Shown: piece after piece, positions 1-8,485 of the stretch
How the letters are laid out: every line of letters starts with the position of its first letter
Position numbering within the stretch: position 1 is the first letter of the stretch
DNA from: Flavobacterium sp.
GTDB taxonomy: Bacteria; Bacteroidota; Bacteroidia; Flavobacteriales; Flavobacteriaceae
Direction of reading: 5' to 3'
Assembly: GCF_044341185.1 (NCBI RefSeq)
Contig: NZ_JBIISE010000002.1
Location: 25,205 to 89,204 of the forward strand
DNA length: 64,000 nucleotides
The notes under the pieces: generated by a model
Seen by the model: the letters and a program-made list of their open reading frames with translations, nothing else
The model's database searches: none
What the model was told of the DNA's origin: nothing
Translations under genes and position numbers: made by a program

Positions 1-1619
1 TTACTAATAGCTTCCGGAGTTTGCGGAAATAATTTTTTCATTTCATTTGTTGACTTGAAATAATATTCCTGATTGGGTAATCCAAAACGATATCCACGTC
101 CCCGTCCAATTGGTGTAGCTTGCTTTTCACCCTCTTTTACACATAATAAAATATCGTGTGCGTTGGCGTCTTCTTTATTAATGTAAAAGGTATTGTTTGT
201 TGCAATTAGCTTTACATTATGTTTTTTTGAAAACTGAATTAAGGTAGTATTTACCGCTTTTTCATCCTCTTGATTGTGATTCATTAATTCGATGTACAAA
301 TCGTCACCAAATTGGTCTTTCCACCACAATAACGCTTCTTCTGCTTGATTTTCTCCGAGATTCAGAATTTTATTTGGCACTTCACCATATAAACTTCCAG
401 TTAAAACAATAATATCTTCTTTATATTGTTTGATTAATTCTTTATCGATTCGAGGCACATAGTAAAACCCATCTGTATAGGCTTTTGATGACAACTTCGC
501 TAAATTATGATATCCTTTTTTATTCTTAGCTAAGAAAACAACTTGATATCCGTTGTCTTTATTTGATTTGTCTTTATGATTGTTACACACAAAAAACTCG
601 CAACCTACAATTGGTTTAATGATGGTTTCTGTTGGTTGTTCACCAGCCTCAACTAGTTCTTTGTTTTTGGCTTCCGCCGATTTATTATGATTTAGAATTC
701 CACTTACAAATTGAAAAGCACCCATCATATTTCCAATATCTGTAAGGGCAACAGCTGGCATTTTTTGCTTTACTGTATTTTCTATCAATTTAGGGATCGA
801 TATGGTAGATTGCAAAACCGAAAACTGCGAATGATTGTGCAAATGCGCAAAGGCAACATCTGAAACATCTTCCAAATTTTCAGGTAAAATTTCAATATCT
901 TTAGGCAGTTGTTGTAACTTTTCTCTTAAAGTAGCTGAAGCCTGTTTTAAATTAACATGTTTTAATCCGATTGGTTTAACAACTGGATTATTAGTTTTGA
1001 AAGCTGTATAATATTCTTCAGAAACGGGTAATTCGTTGGAATTAAAATTTCCGCGTTTTACTAATTCTAAAAAACAACGCGTTGTGGCTTCTACATCGGC
1101 GGTTGCATTATGAGCTTCTGCAAATTTTTCTTGAAATAAATATTCGTGTAATTCTGTTAATGTAGGCAGCTTAAATTTTCCACCACGACCTCCAGGTAAT
1201 TTTAATAGTAATGCAGTAGTTTCTGTACAGGTATCTAAAATGGGCATTTTAGTTAAATCGGTAGGTATTCCAAATCGATGAAATTCGCAACCCATAATAT
1301 TCACATCAAAACCTATATTTTGCCCTACAATATATTTTGATTTTGATAAAGCAATATTAAATTTCTCAAGGATTTCACTTAAACCAAAACCTTCTTGATT
1401 AGCTAATTCAGTGGATATTCCGTGAATTCTTTCTGCATCAAATGGAATGTTATATCCTTCTGGTTTTATTATATAATCTTGATGCTCGATAAGATTTCCC
1501 ATATCGTCATGTAATTGCCAAGCAATTTGCACACAACGAGGCCAGTTGTTAGTGTCTGTTATTGGAGCAGACCAACTTTTAGGTAATCCTGTGGTTTCGG
1601 TATCGAAGATTAAATACAT
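1..1619 (-). CDS. dnaE: DNA polymerase III alpha subunit, N-terminal part: DnaQ-like 3'-5' exonuclease domain fused to the PHP domain. The C-terminus lies beyond the window start.
   Basis: Not in the ORF track because it runs off the edge. My minus-strand translation from the ATG (cat at 1617-1619) reads MYLIFDTETTGLPKSW (Exo I), then EAHNATADVEAT (Exo III H-x4-D), then AFAHLHNHSQFSVLQS and KGYHNLAKLSSKAYTDGFYYVPRID (PHP/Pol IIIa N-terminus). The frame stays open to position 1. Confidence 0.85.
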   Translation of the reverse strand, partial: MYLIFDTETTGLPKSWSAPITDTNNWPRCVQIAWQLHDDMGNLIEHQDYIIKPEGYNIPFDAERIHGISTELANQEGFGLSEILEKFNIALSKSKYIVGQNIGFDVNIMGCEFHRFGIPTDLTKMPILDTCTETTALLLKLPGGRGGKFKLPTLTELHEYLFQEKFAEAHNATADVEATTRCFLELVKRGNFNSNELPVSEEYYTAFKTNNPVVKPIGLKHVNLKQASATLREKLQQLPKDIEILPENLEDVSDVAFAHLHNHSQFSVLQSTISIPKLIENTVKQKMPAVALTDIGNMMGAFQFVSGILNHNKSAEAKNKELVEAGEQPTETIIKPIVGCEFFVCNNHKDKSNKDNGYQVVFLAKNKKGYHNLAKLSSKAYTDGFYYVPRIDKELIKQYKEDIIVLTGSLYGEVPNKILNLGENQAEEALLWWKDQFGDDLYIELMNHNQEDEKAVNTTLIQFSKKHNVKLIATNNTFYINKEDANAHDILLCVKEGEKQATPIGRGRGYRFGLPNQEYYFKSTNEMKKLFPQTPEAIS

Positions 1620-1730
1620 AAATTATAAATTCCAAATTAATAAATTCCAAATCTCAAAACTATACTACATTTTAAAAAAGTGAAAGATTTCAAAAATACA
1701 ATTTATCTTTTTTTAAGGCAATTTTAGTTA

Positions 1731-1767
1731 TTAACAAAAACAAAAAACCACTCCTAAATGAAGTGGT
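1731..1767 (-). terminator. Putative rho-independent terminator of the lipoprotein gene
   Basis: On the minus strand, ccacttc-attta-ggagtgg forms a 7-bp stem with one G-U pair (1748-1766). A T-rich run follows (complement of the a-runs at 1731-1747). Confidence 0.5.
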
Positions 1768-1792
1768 AATTAGAAGTATATGTTAAAAGATT

Positions 1793-2485
1793 TTATAAAA
1801 TAGGTACTTTATAAAAAATCCCTTTATTAAAATTCACAACTGTTCCTTGTTCGTCAACTGCATTAAATTTAAACGTTCCTGAATACAAGTTGCCTTCAAT
1901 TTTTTCAATTTCAACTTCTCCATTACTTTTTGACACATTTAAAACAGTAACTTTAGCATTGCCATTACCACCATTAATAGTTATCAAATCTCCTGGTTCA
2001 TATCCTACTCCTCTACTTGCAATAGTTGCTCCGGTTACGGCACCTGAACTATTGGTTTGAATTTTTAAGGTTAAACCGTTTCCTGAGCCCCCAGTTGTAG
2101 TTACATTGTTACCGTTTAATGCCGCATAACCTGTACCTGGAACAGTTACTCCTTGTAATTTAAAAACAGGCCCTTCAATTAATGCTGTTTCAAAGTATAA
2201 TAATGATTGCTGATTGCTATATGAATACGTTGCATTTACACCTTGATTGGTTGTTCCTAAATAATGTGTACCAACTGCATTGGGCACCGTTATTGTAACC
2301 ATCTCATTATCTTTATATGCATTTATTGTAATCGTTCCACCTGGATTTGTAGTGATTTTTGTATCCGAAGCACGCCATGCAATATTATCTTTTTCACCTA
2401 AAAATGCTGGTAAATTAGTTTTAATATCATTTTCACACGACACTAGTAGAATGACAAGGGCAACAATTTGAACTATTTTTTTCAT
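1793..2485 (-). CDS. Hypothetical lipoprotein
   Basis: 230-aa ORF. The N-terminus MKKIVQIVALVILLVSCEN is a signal peptide with a lipobox Cys. The rest is Gly/Thr/Asn-rich. I recognise no family. Confidence 0.6.
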   Translation of the reverse strand: MKKIVQIVALVILLVSCENDIKTNLPAFLGEKDNIAWRASDTKITTNPGGTITINAYKDNEMVTITVPNAVGTHYLGTTNQGVNATYSYSNQQSLLYFETALIEGPVFKLQGVTVPGTGYAALNGNNVTTTGGSGNGLTLKIQTNSSGAVTGATIASRGVGYEPGDLITINGGNGNAKVTVLNVSKSNGEVEIEKIEGNLYSGTFKFNAVDEQGTVVNFNKGIFYKVPIL

Positions 2486-2550
2486 TATACGTTTATTAAA
2501 TAAGGAATTACAAATATATATTTTATTTTAATATTATTGATATTTGAAAC

Positions 2551-2583
2551 AAAAAATCCGCCTTTAAAAAGACGGATTTTTTT
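2551..2583 (-). terminator. Putative rho-independent terminator after the pseudouridine synthase gene
   Basis: aaaaaatccg (2551-2560) pairs with cggatttttt (2573-2583) across a 12-nt loop. On the minus strand the stem is followed by a T-run. Confidence 0.55.
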
Positions 2584-3484
2584 AATTATTTTTTAAATTA
2601 ACAACTTCTTGTTCCGTTAATACTCTCCAATTTCCTCTTGGTAAATTCTTTTTAGTTAATCCTGCAAACACTACTCGATCTAATTTAATTACGTTATATT
2701 TTAAGTGTTCAAAAATATTTCGAACCACTTTAACATTAGATGTTTTCATTTTTACACCAATTTCACTTTTAGCTTCTCCGTCAATATAAGTTACTTCTTC
2801 TACATATACTTTATGTCCTTCAATAGTAATACCGCTTTGAATTTTTTCTAAATCTTCGTATTTTAAATTCTTATCTAAAGAAACTTGATAAATTTTAGAA
2901 GAACGTTGATTTGGTGTTGTAAATTTTCTAACCATATCTGGATCATTAGTAAACAATAATAATCCTGTTGTAGTTTTATCCATTCTTCCGACTGGCTCTA
3001 ATCGAACATTTGAAGGCGACTTGATTAACTGTAACACGTTGTTTGCGCCTTGGTCGTTCTTTTCAGTAGAAAAATTCTTAGGTTTGTTTAAAAGTATGTA
3101 TTCTTTTTTCTCAGGTGTAATGTTCACGCCGTCAAAATTAACGACATCGGTTAGTTTTACTTTATGTCCCATTTCTGTTACCACTTCACCGTTTACTTTT
3201 ACGTTTCCGCTTTGAATATAAATGTCCGCATCTCTACGACTACAAACTCCTGAATTTGCTACATATTTATTTAATCTGATTTCATCTTTATCAGATTTAA
3301 TTTTAACCACTTGTTGTTTTGGCTTGTCTGTTCTATTGAACTTTGGAGCAGGTTTGTTTTCTGAATAAAAAGATTTTCCTGATTCGTTTTTCTTAAAATC
3401 TGGTTTTTTACTTTCCGAAACTTTACCGCTTCTTTTGGCTCCTGACGATTTTCTCATGCTTTTATTTTTTGCAAAGATAGTCAA
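2582..3484 (-). CDS. RsuA/RluB-family rRNA pseudouridine synthase with an S4 domain and a Lys-rich N-terminal tail
   Basis: S4-like IRLNKYVANSGVCSRRDAD, then the catalytic-Asp motif GRMDKTTTGLLLFTND. The start could be M10 (3457). Confidence 0.85.
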   Translation of the reverse strand: MTIFAKNKSMRKSSGAKRSGKVSESKKPDFKKNESGKSFYSENKPAPKFNRTDKPKQQVVKIKSDKDEIRLNKYVANSGVCSRRDADIYIQSGNVKVNGEVVTEMGHKVKLTDVVNFDGVNITPEKKEYILLNKPKNFSTEKNDQGANNVLQLIKSPSNVRLEPVGRMDKTTTGLLLFTNDPDMVRKFTTPNQRSSKIYQVSLDKNLKYEDLEKIQSGITIEGHKVYVEEVTYIDGEAKSEIGVKMKTSNVKVVRNIFEHLKYNVIKLDRVVFAGLTKKNLPRGNWRVLTEQEVVNLKNN

Positions 3485-3526
3485 TTTAAGTGAGAAGTAC
3501 GAAATTGGCAGTTAGAAGCCGATAAG

Positions 3527-4447
3527 CTATGGAATTAATAGTAATTTTTGACCGTTTTCAATAACATCTGGCTTAATTAATATGATACAAATTACACCAG
3601 CTAATAAAATTATTTTCAGTAAAAAATGAAGTTTAATATAATCCACTTTTCCTTCCGACTTCCATAATTTTATTATAAAAATTAGTAGCAAAATATAACT
3701 TGAGTAAAAGTAAATGTCCATATAGCCTACATCGAAAACATTAATTAGAAAATATACAGGAACGATTGTACAAAATAGTAATAATGAAATAATTTTTTTA
3801 GCAAAATTTTCCCCGAAATTAACGGGTATGGTTTGATAATTATTAGATAAATCGCCTTCAATGTTTTCTAAATCTTTAATCATTTCACGAATTAATATGA
3901 TTAGAAATAAAAATGTTGCGTGGGCAAAAATTACTTGATAAAAGTTTTTGAAATACAATAAAATTCCGAAAAAGGGCAAAACAGCTAATAAAGATGCTGA
4001 AATATTACCAATTAATAGTATTTTTTTTAGCTTATGCGAATAAAGAAAAATAATAAAAATATAAACCGAAAAAAATAAAGCCGCTCGCCAAGAAACAATA
4101 AAACCAAATAAAGCAGAGAAGAAATTTAAAGTAAAATAAACTTGTAGTTGGGTTTTCTGACTGACTAATCTATCTAAATACGATTTTTTGGGACGATTGA
4201 TGATGTCCTTTTTGGCATCGTAAAAATTATTAATAATATACCCCGAAGCAATAGCAAAAGTAGACGCCATCACTAATAAAAATAATCTCCAATCTAAAAT
4301 AATGTCTAACGCTCTTCTTTCTGGAGCTAAAATAAAAATAGCAGATAAATATTGTGCTAAAGCGATTACAAATACATTGTACCCACGAGCCACAGAAAAG
4401 AAACTGAAGATTTTAGTAAGTACTAATTTAGAGTTGCGACTTAGCAT
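3527..4447 (-). CDS. UbiA-family integral-membrane prenyltransferase (DGGGP-synthase-like)
   Basis: 306 aa and polytopic. First Asp-rich motif NNFYDAKKDIINRP (NxxxDxxxD); second motif IKDLENIEGD. Lies directly downstream of the mevalonate genes. Confidence 0.8.
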   Translation of the reverse strand: MLSRNSKLVLTKIFSFFSVARGYNVFVIALAQYLSAIFILAPERRALDIILDWRLFLLVMASTFAIASGYIINNFYDAKKDIINRPKKSYLDRLVSQKTQLQVYFTLNFFSALFGFIVSWRAALFFSVYIFIIFLYSHKLKKILLIGNISASLLAVLPFFGILLYFKNFYQVIFAHATFLFLIILIREMIKDLENIEGDLSNNYQTIPVNFGENFAKKIISLLLFCTIVPVYFLINVFDVGYMDIYFYSSYILLLIFIIKLWKSEGKVDYIKLHFLLKIILLAGVICIILIKPDVIENGQKLLLIP

Positions 4448-4457
4448 TTGGGTAAAA

Positions 4458-4488
4458 GGTGTTGGGTGTTGGGTGTTGGGTGTTGGGT
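4458..4488 (+). repeat. Heptamer tandem repeat (GTGTTGG/GGGTGTT x4) that forms a canonical G-quadruplex motif on the plus strand
   Basis: ggtgttgggtgttgggtgttgggtgttgggt. GGG runs sit at 4464-66, 4471-73, 4478-80 and 4485-87, separated by TGTT loops. Confidence 0.9.
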
Positions 4489-4528
4489 TTTTCTACTTAA
4501 ACCTTATACCCTAATCCTCATACCTATT

Positions 4529-5467
4529 TTAAAACTGATAAACCATTTCTAATTTATAATCTTTTAAAGACTTTTTAGCTTTTTCAAAATCTTGCGTGAA
4601 ACCTAAAATATAGCCGCCACCACCAGAACCACACAATTTTAAATAGTAATCGTTAGTTTCAATTCCGTTTTGCCAAATTTGGTGAAATTGTTCCGGAATC
4701 ATTGGTTTAAAATTACTTAAAACTACTTTAGATAATTCTTTTGTGTTTTTAAATAACGATTTCATATCGCCTTGTAAGAAGTTTTCCACACAAGAATCGG
4801 TATATTTTATAAACTGAGATTTTAGCATGTTTCTAAAACCTTGGTCTTTTAAATTTTCCATAAATATATTTACCATCGGAGCCGTTTCTCCAACAATTCC
4901 TGAATCTAATAAGAAAACTGCGCCTTTTCCTGTAGCCGATTGACTTGGAATTCCAGCTGCTTCAATATTATCTTTTGAATTGATAAGGATTGGCAAACTT
5001 AAGTAACTATTTAATGGATCTAAACCAGAGCTTTTTCCGTGAAAAAAAGACTCCATATTAGAAAAAATTGATTTTAATTGTAATAATTTTTCTCTAGTTA
5101 GGTTTTCTAAAACGGTAATTTTATTTGCAGCGTATTTATCGTAAATAGCGGCTACTAAGGCGCCACTACTTCCTACTCCATACCCTTGAGGGATACTAGA
5201 ATCAAAATACATTCCGTTATTTACATCGTTTTGCAACAACTCAATATTAAACGTTACTAAATCTGGTTGTTCCGATTGTAATTGCTTTAAATAAGTTACG
5301 AATTTAACCAAACTTTGATTTGATTTTTTTGCTTCATTTGTCGGATTTTCATCTGACTTCAGCGCACCTTTGTAAAAATTATATGGTATAGAAAGTCCTT
5401 TGGAATCTTGGATAATTCCATATTCTCCGAAAAGTAATATTTTTGAGTAAAAAAGTGGTCCTTTCAT
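4529..5467 (-). CDS. mvk: GHMP-family kinase, most likely mevalonate kinase
   Basis: 312 aa. GHMP ATP-binding motif PQGYGVGSSGALVAAI and C-terminal KLCGSGGGGYILGF. Adjacent to the diphosphomevalonate decarboxylase gene. Confidence 0.7.
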   Translation of the reverse strand: MKGPLFYSKILLFGEYGIIQDSKGLSIPYNFYKGALKSDENPTNEAKKSNQSLVKFVTYLKQLQSEQPDLVTFNIELLQNDVNNGMYFDSSIPQGYGVGSSGALVAAIYDKYAANKITVLENLTREKLLQLKSIFSNMESFFHGKSSGLDPLNSYLSLPILINSKDNIEAAGIPSQSATGKGAVFLLDSGIVGETAPMVNIFMENLKDQGFRNMLKSQFIKYTDSCVENFLQGDMKSLFKNTKELSKVVLSNFKPMIPEQFHQIWQNGIETNDYYLKLCGSGGGGYILGFTQDFEKAKKSLKDYKLEMVYQF

Positions 5468-5525
5468 AATTTATTGTTCAGTTTACAATATTTAGTAATC
5501 AGATGTTTGAGTAAAGATATAAAAA

Positions 5526-6611
5526 TTATTTCAAATCTTGTGCACCATTCCCAATTTCATCACAAATATACTGACCATTTTGACAATAGCCAACTAATTC
5601 GTCCTGAATAAATTGCAATACTTTTTCTTTTACATTTTTAGGATACAAAACGTGCACATTGGCACCTGCATCTAACGTAAAACAAACCGGAGTTTGCGTA
5701 TCGCTTCTAAACTTCCAAATTTTATTAATAATTTCTAATGTATTGGGTTTCATTAAAATAAAATAAGGCATCGAAGTCATCATCATAGCGTGTAACGTCA
5801 GTGCTTCGCTTTCTACCAAACTCATAAATTCGGTTACATTTCCTGTTTCTAATAACGTAACAATTTTAGCAATATTATGATGTGCTTGTTCGAAACGCTG
5901 TTCGGCAAAAGGATGGTTGTGCATTAAATTATGTCCAACTGTACTTGAAACTTGTTTTTCGCCTTTATCTACTAATAAAATGGTGTCTTGAAAATTATGA
6001 AAATTCGGATGAATATTTTCAAATGCAACTCCAAATAAGTCGGAGCTATTTTTTATGGTTTCGTTTTTTCCCCACCCAACTACTTTGCCAATTATACTTC
6101 TGCAAGCACTTCCTGAGCCTAATCGGGCTAAAAAAGAAGCTTTTGCATAAAAATAATCATCGGAAATTTCAGGTTTTAACGCCTTTTCTAAACTCATAAT
6201 ATTCATGGCAAGCGCTGCCATTCCTGAAGCAGAAGACGCTATTCCTGAACTATGCGGAAAAGTATTTTGGGTATTAATTGTAAAATGATATTCTTTTAAA
6301 TACGGGCAATATTTATAAATTCTTTCGAAAAAATTTTGAATTTTAGGTTTAAAATCTTCTTTTGACTTTCCTTCAAATAACAAATCGAATGAAAAATTAA
6401 CTTTTTCAACTTTAGAAGAAATCGTAACCGATGTAATGGTTTTGCAATTTTTCAGCGTAAAACTAATCGACGGATTGGCTGGGATTTGATCACCGTTTTC
6501 TTTTTTTCCCCAATATTTCACCAAAGCAATATTACTTGGCGCACTCCACGAAAAAGATGCCGCTTCTATTGAATTATAATTTGAAATAATGAAGTCTAAA
6601 TCAGAATACAT
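5526..6611 (-). CDS. mvaD: Diphosphomevalonate decarboxylase (GHMP superfamily)
   Basis: 361 aa. APSNIALVKYWGK near the N-terminus, NTFPHSSGIASSASGMAALA (GHMP motif), SGSACRS and CFTLDAGANVHVL are typical of MVD. Confidence 0.85.
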   Translation of the reverse strand: MYSDLDFIISNYNSIEAASFSWSAPSNIALVKYWGKKENGDQIPANPSISFTLKNCKTITSVTISSKVEKVNFSFDLLFEGKSKEDFKPKIQNFFERIYKYCPYLKEYHFTINTQNTFPHSSGIASSASGMAALAMNIMSLEKALKPEISDDYFYAKASFLARLGSGSACRSIIGKVVGWGKNETIKNSSDLFGVAFENIHPNFHNFQDTILLVDKGEKQVSSTVGHNLMHNHPFAEQRFEQAHHNIAKIVTLLETGNVTEFMSLVESEALTLHAMMMTSMPYFILMKPNTLEIINKIWKFRSDTQTPVCFTLDAGANVHVLYPKNVKEKVLQFIQDELVGYCQNGQYICDEIGNGAQDLK

Positions 6612-6684
6612 AAAAAATATTTTTTACAAAGATAGAAAAGGAAGTTAAAACTTAGTTGTCAGATGTCAGAAGTTTTAAATATAT

Positions 6685-7176
6685 TTGAATAAAATTATGA
6701 AAATGAAAAAGTATTTAAGAATATCGTATTGCATAATTATTTGTTTGACTGTAGGCTTTTTCTCAGGAAAAATTACACAATCGTCTATAACCACTTGGTA
6801 TCCTACTCTAATAAAACCTATATTTAATCCTCCAAATTGGGTTTTTGCCCCTGTTTGGACTTTGTTATACATTTTTATGGGAATTGCTGCAGGATTAGTT
6901 TGGAATGAAATTGAAAATAAACCTAAAGAAGTTAAAATAGCGTTACAATATTTTATTTTTCAATTGGGGTTAAATGCGTTATGGTCTTACCTATTTTTTG
7001 GGTTGCAAAATCTACTATTAGCCTCAATTGAAATTATTTTATTGCTTTTGGTTATGTTAGAATGTTACAAATTATTTAAGCCGATAAACGTAACTGCAGC
7101 AAAATTATTCATTCCTTATATTGTTTGGGTTTCTTTTGCAACACTATTGACTTTTAGTATTTTTTATTTAAATTAA
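6685..7176 (+). CDS. tspO: TspO/MBR family tryptophan-rich sensory protein
   Basis: Five-TM protein of about 160 aa. WYPTLIKPIFNPPNWVFAPVWTLLYIFMGIA and ALWSYLFFG are TspO hallmarks. The start may be one of the downstream Met codons (MKMKKY). Confidence 0.85.
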   Translation: MNKIMKMKKYLRISYCIIICLTVGFFSGKITQSSITTWYPTLIKPIFNPPNWVFAPVWTLLYIFMGIAAGLVWNEIENKPKEVKIALQYFIFQLGLNALWSYLFFGLQNLLLASIEIILLLLVMLECYKLFKPINVTAAKLFIPYIVWVSFATLLTFSIFYLN

Positions 7177-8381
7177 ATATTTTCGGCAACGATAAAACCG
7201 CTTGTCCAAGCATTTTGAAAATTGAAGCCACCAGTTATAGCATCAATATTTACCACTTCGCCAGCAAAATAGACTTTTGGTAAAATTTTACTTTGCATCG
7301 TTTTAAAATTAATTTCTTTTAAATCGATACCGCCAGCGGTTACAAATTCTTCTTTAAAAGTGCTTTTACCGTTAACCTGAAATTCAGCTTGGGTTAACTG
7401 ATTGGCTAAGCTATTAATTTGCTTATTGGTTACCTCAGCCCATTTATAATCTAAAGCAATATCTGAAGCGGTTACGATATTTTCCCACAATCGTTTTGGA
7501 AAATCAAACGGACAAAATTTGCCAATTAGTTTTTTATTATTTTCTTCTTTAATTTCTTTTAATTGTTCGATGGCTTCCTCAAAAGACATCTCATCTAACC
7601 AATTTACAAGCAGGGCAAAACAATATTTTTTATCAAACAATTCTCGTGCACCCCAGGCGGAAAGTCTCAATATTCCAGGTCCTGAAAGTCCCCAATGTGT
7701 AATTAATAATGGCCCCGAAGATGCTAATTTTGAGTTTTTTATTTTAATGCTGGCTTGCGCCGAAAGCCCCATTAAATCTTTAATTCTTTTATCGGTAATA
7801 TTGAATGTAAATAAGGAAGGAATGGGTTCGACAATTTGATGGCCCATTTGATGCATCATTTCCCAAATTTTAGGATTACTTCCTGTTGCGACTACAATTT
7901 TATCTGCAACAAAAACATCGTGTTGGGTTTCAATTTTCCATTGTTCGCCCTTATTAAAATATAAAGACTGCACACTTTGTGAGGTAAAAACTTTAATGCC
8001 TAATTTCTTTACTTCTTTTTCAAAACAGTCAATTATGGTTTGAGAATCATCTGTAATTGGGAACATTCTTCCGTCTTCTTCAATTTTTAATTCGACACCT
8101 CTTTTTTCGAACCAATCTATCGTATCACCAGAACAAAATTGCGAAAAAGGCCCTTTTAATTCTTTTTCACCACGCGGATAAAATTTGACCAAATCGTTCG
8201 GTACAAAACACGCGTGCGTGACATTACAACGTCCACCACCAGAAATTTTAACCTTAGTTAAGCATTCCTTCCCTCTTTCCAGAATGGCTACACTAAGTTG
8301 CGGATGTTTCTCTGCAATATTAATAGCTGCGAAGAAACCGGCTGCGCCACCGCCTATAATTATGATGTTGTATGATTGCAT
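7173..8381 (-). CDS. HI0933/BaiN-family NAD(P)/FAD-dependent flavoprotein
   Basis: 402 aa. IIIIGGGAAGFFAA dinucleotide fold, SGGGRCNVTH, HWGLSGPGILRLS and C-terminal YFAGEVVNIDAITGGFNFQ. Confidence 0.85.
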   Translation of the reverse strand: MQSYNIIIIGGGAAGFFAAINIAEKHPQLSVAILERGKECLTKVKISGGGRCNVTHACFVPNDLVKFYPRGEKELKGPFSQFCSGDTIDWFEKRGVELKIEEDGRMFPITDDSQTIIDCFEKEVKKLGIKVFTSQSVQSLYFNKGEQWKIETQHDVFVADKIVVATGSNPKIWEMMHQMGHQIVEPIPSLFTFNITDKRIKDLMGLSAQASIKIKNSKLASSGPLLITHWGLSGPGILRLSAWGARELFDKKYCFALLVNWLDEMSFEEAIEQLKEIKEENNKKLIGKFCPFDFPKRLWENIVTASDIALDYKWAEVTNKQINSLANQLTQAEFQVNGKSTFKEEFVTAGGIDLKEINFKTMQSKILPKVYFAGEVVNIDAITGGFNFQNAWTSGFIVAENI

Positions 8382-8440
8382 TTGAAGTTATCTTTATTTT
8401 CCTATTAAAGGTAAGAATAATTACTTGTTAATTTTAGATT

Positions 8441-8481
8441 TTTCAGACCTGACAGGTTTTTAAAACCTGTCAGGTCTGAAA
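8441..8481. terminator. Strong GC-rich stem-loop between the S9 peptidase and flavoprotein genes. Putative terminator or REP-like hairpin.
   Basis: cagacctgacagg (8444-8456) pairs perfectly with cctgtcaggtctg (8466-8478), and the stem extends through flanking t/a runs. There is no clear U-tract on the minus strand, so its terminator function is uncertain. Confidence 0.5.
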
Positions 8482-8485
8482 ATAG

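Noticed and set aside
4458-4488. CRISPR-like arrays: the heptamer repeat here and the 10-bp repeat at 19587-19626.
   Set aside because: The units are 7 and 10 bp, directly tandem with no spacers, and no cas genes are present. They are simple tandem repeats.
8441-8481. The 41-bp perfect hairpin as a MITE or terminal inverted repeat of a mobile element.
   Set aside because: The arms are immediately adjacent, with no internal sequence. It occurs once in the window and shows no target-site duplication. A terminator or REP-type stem-loop is the simpler reading.
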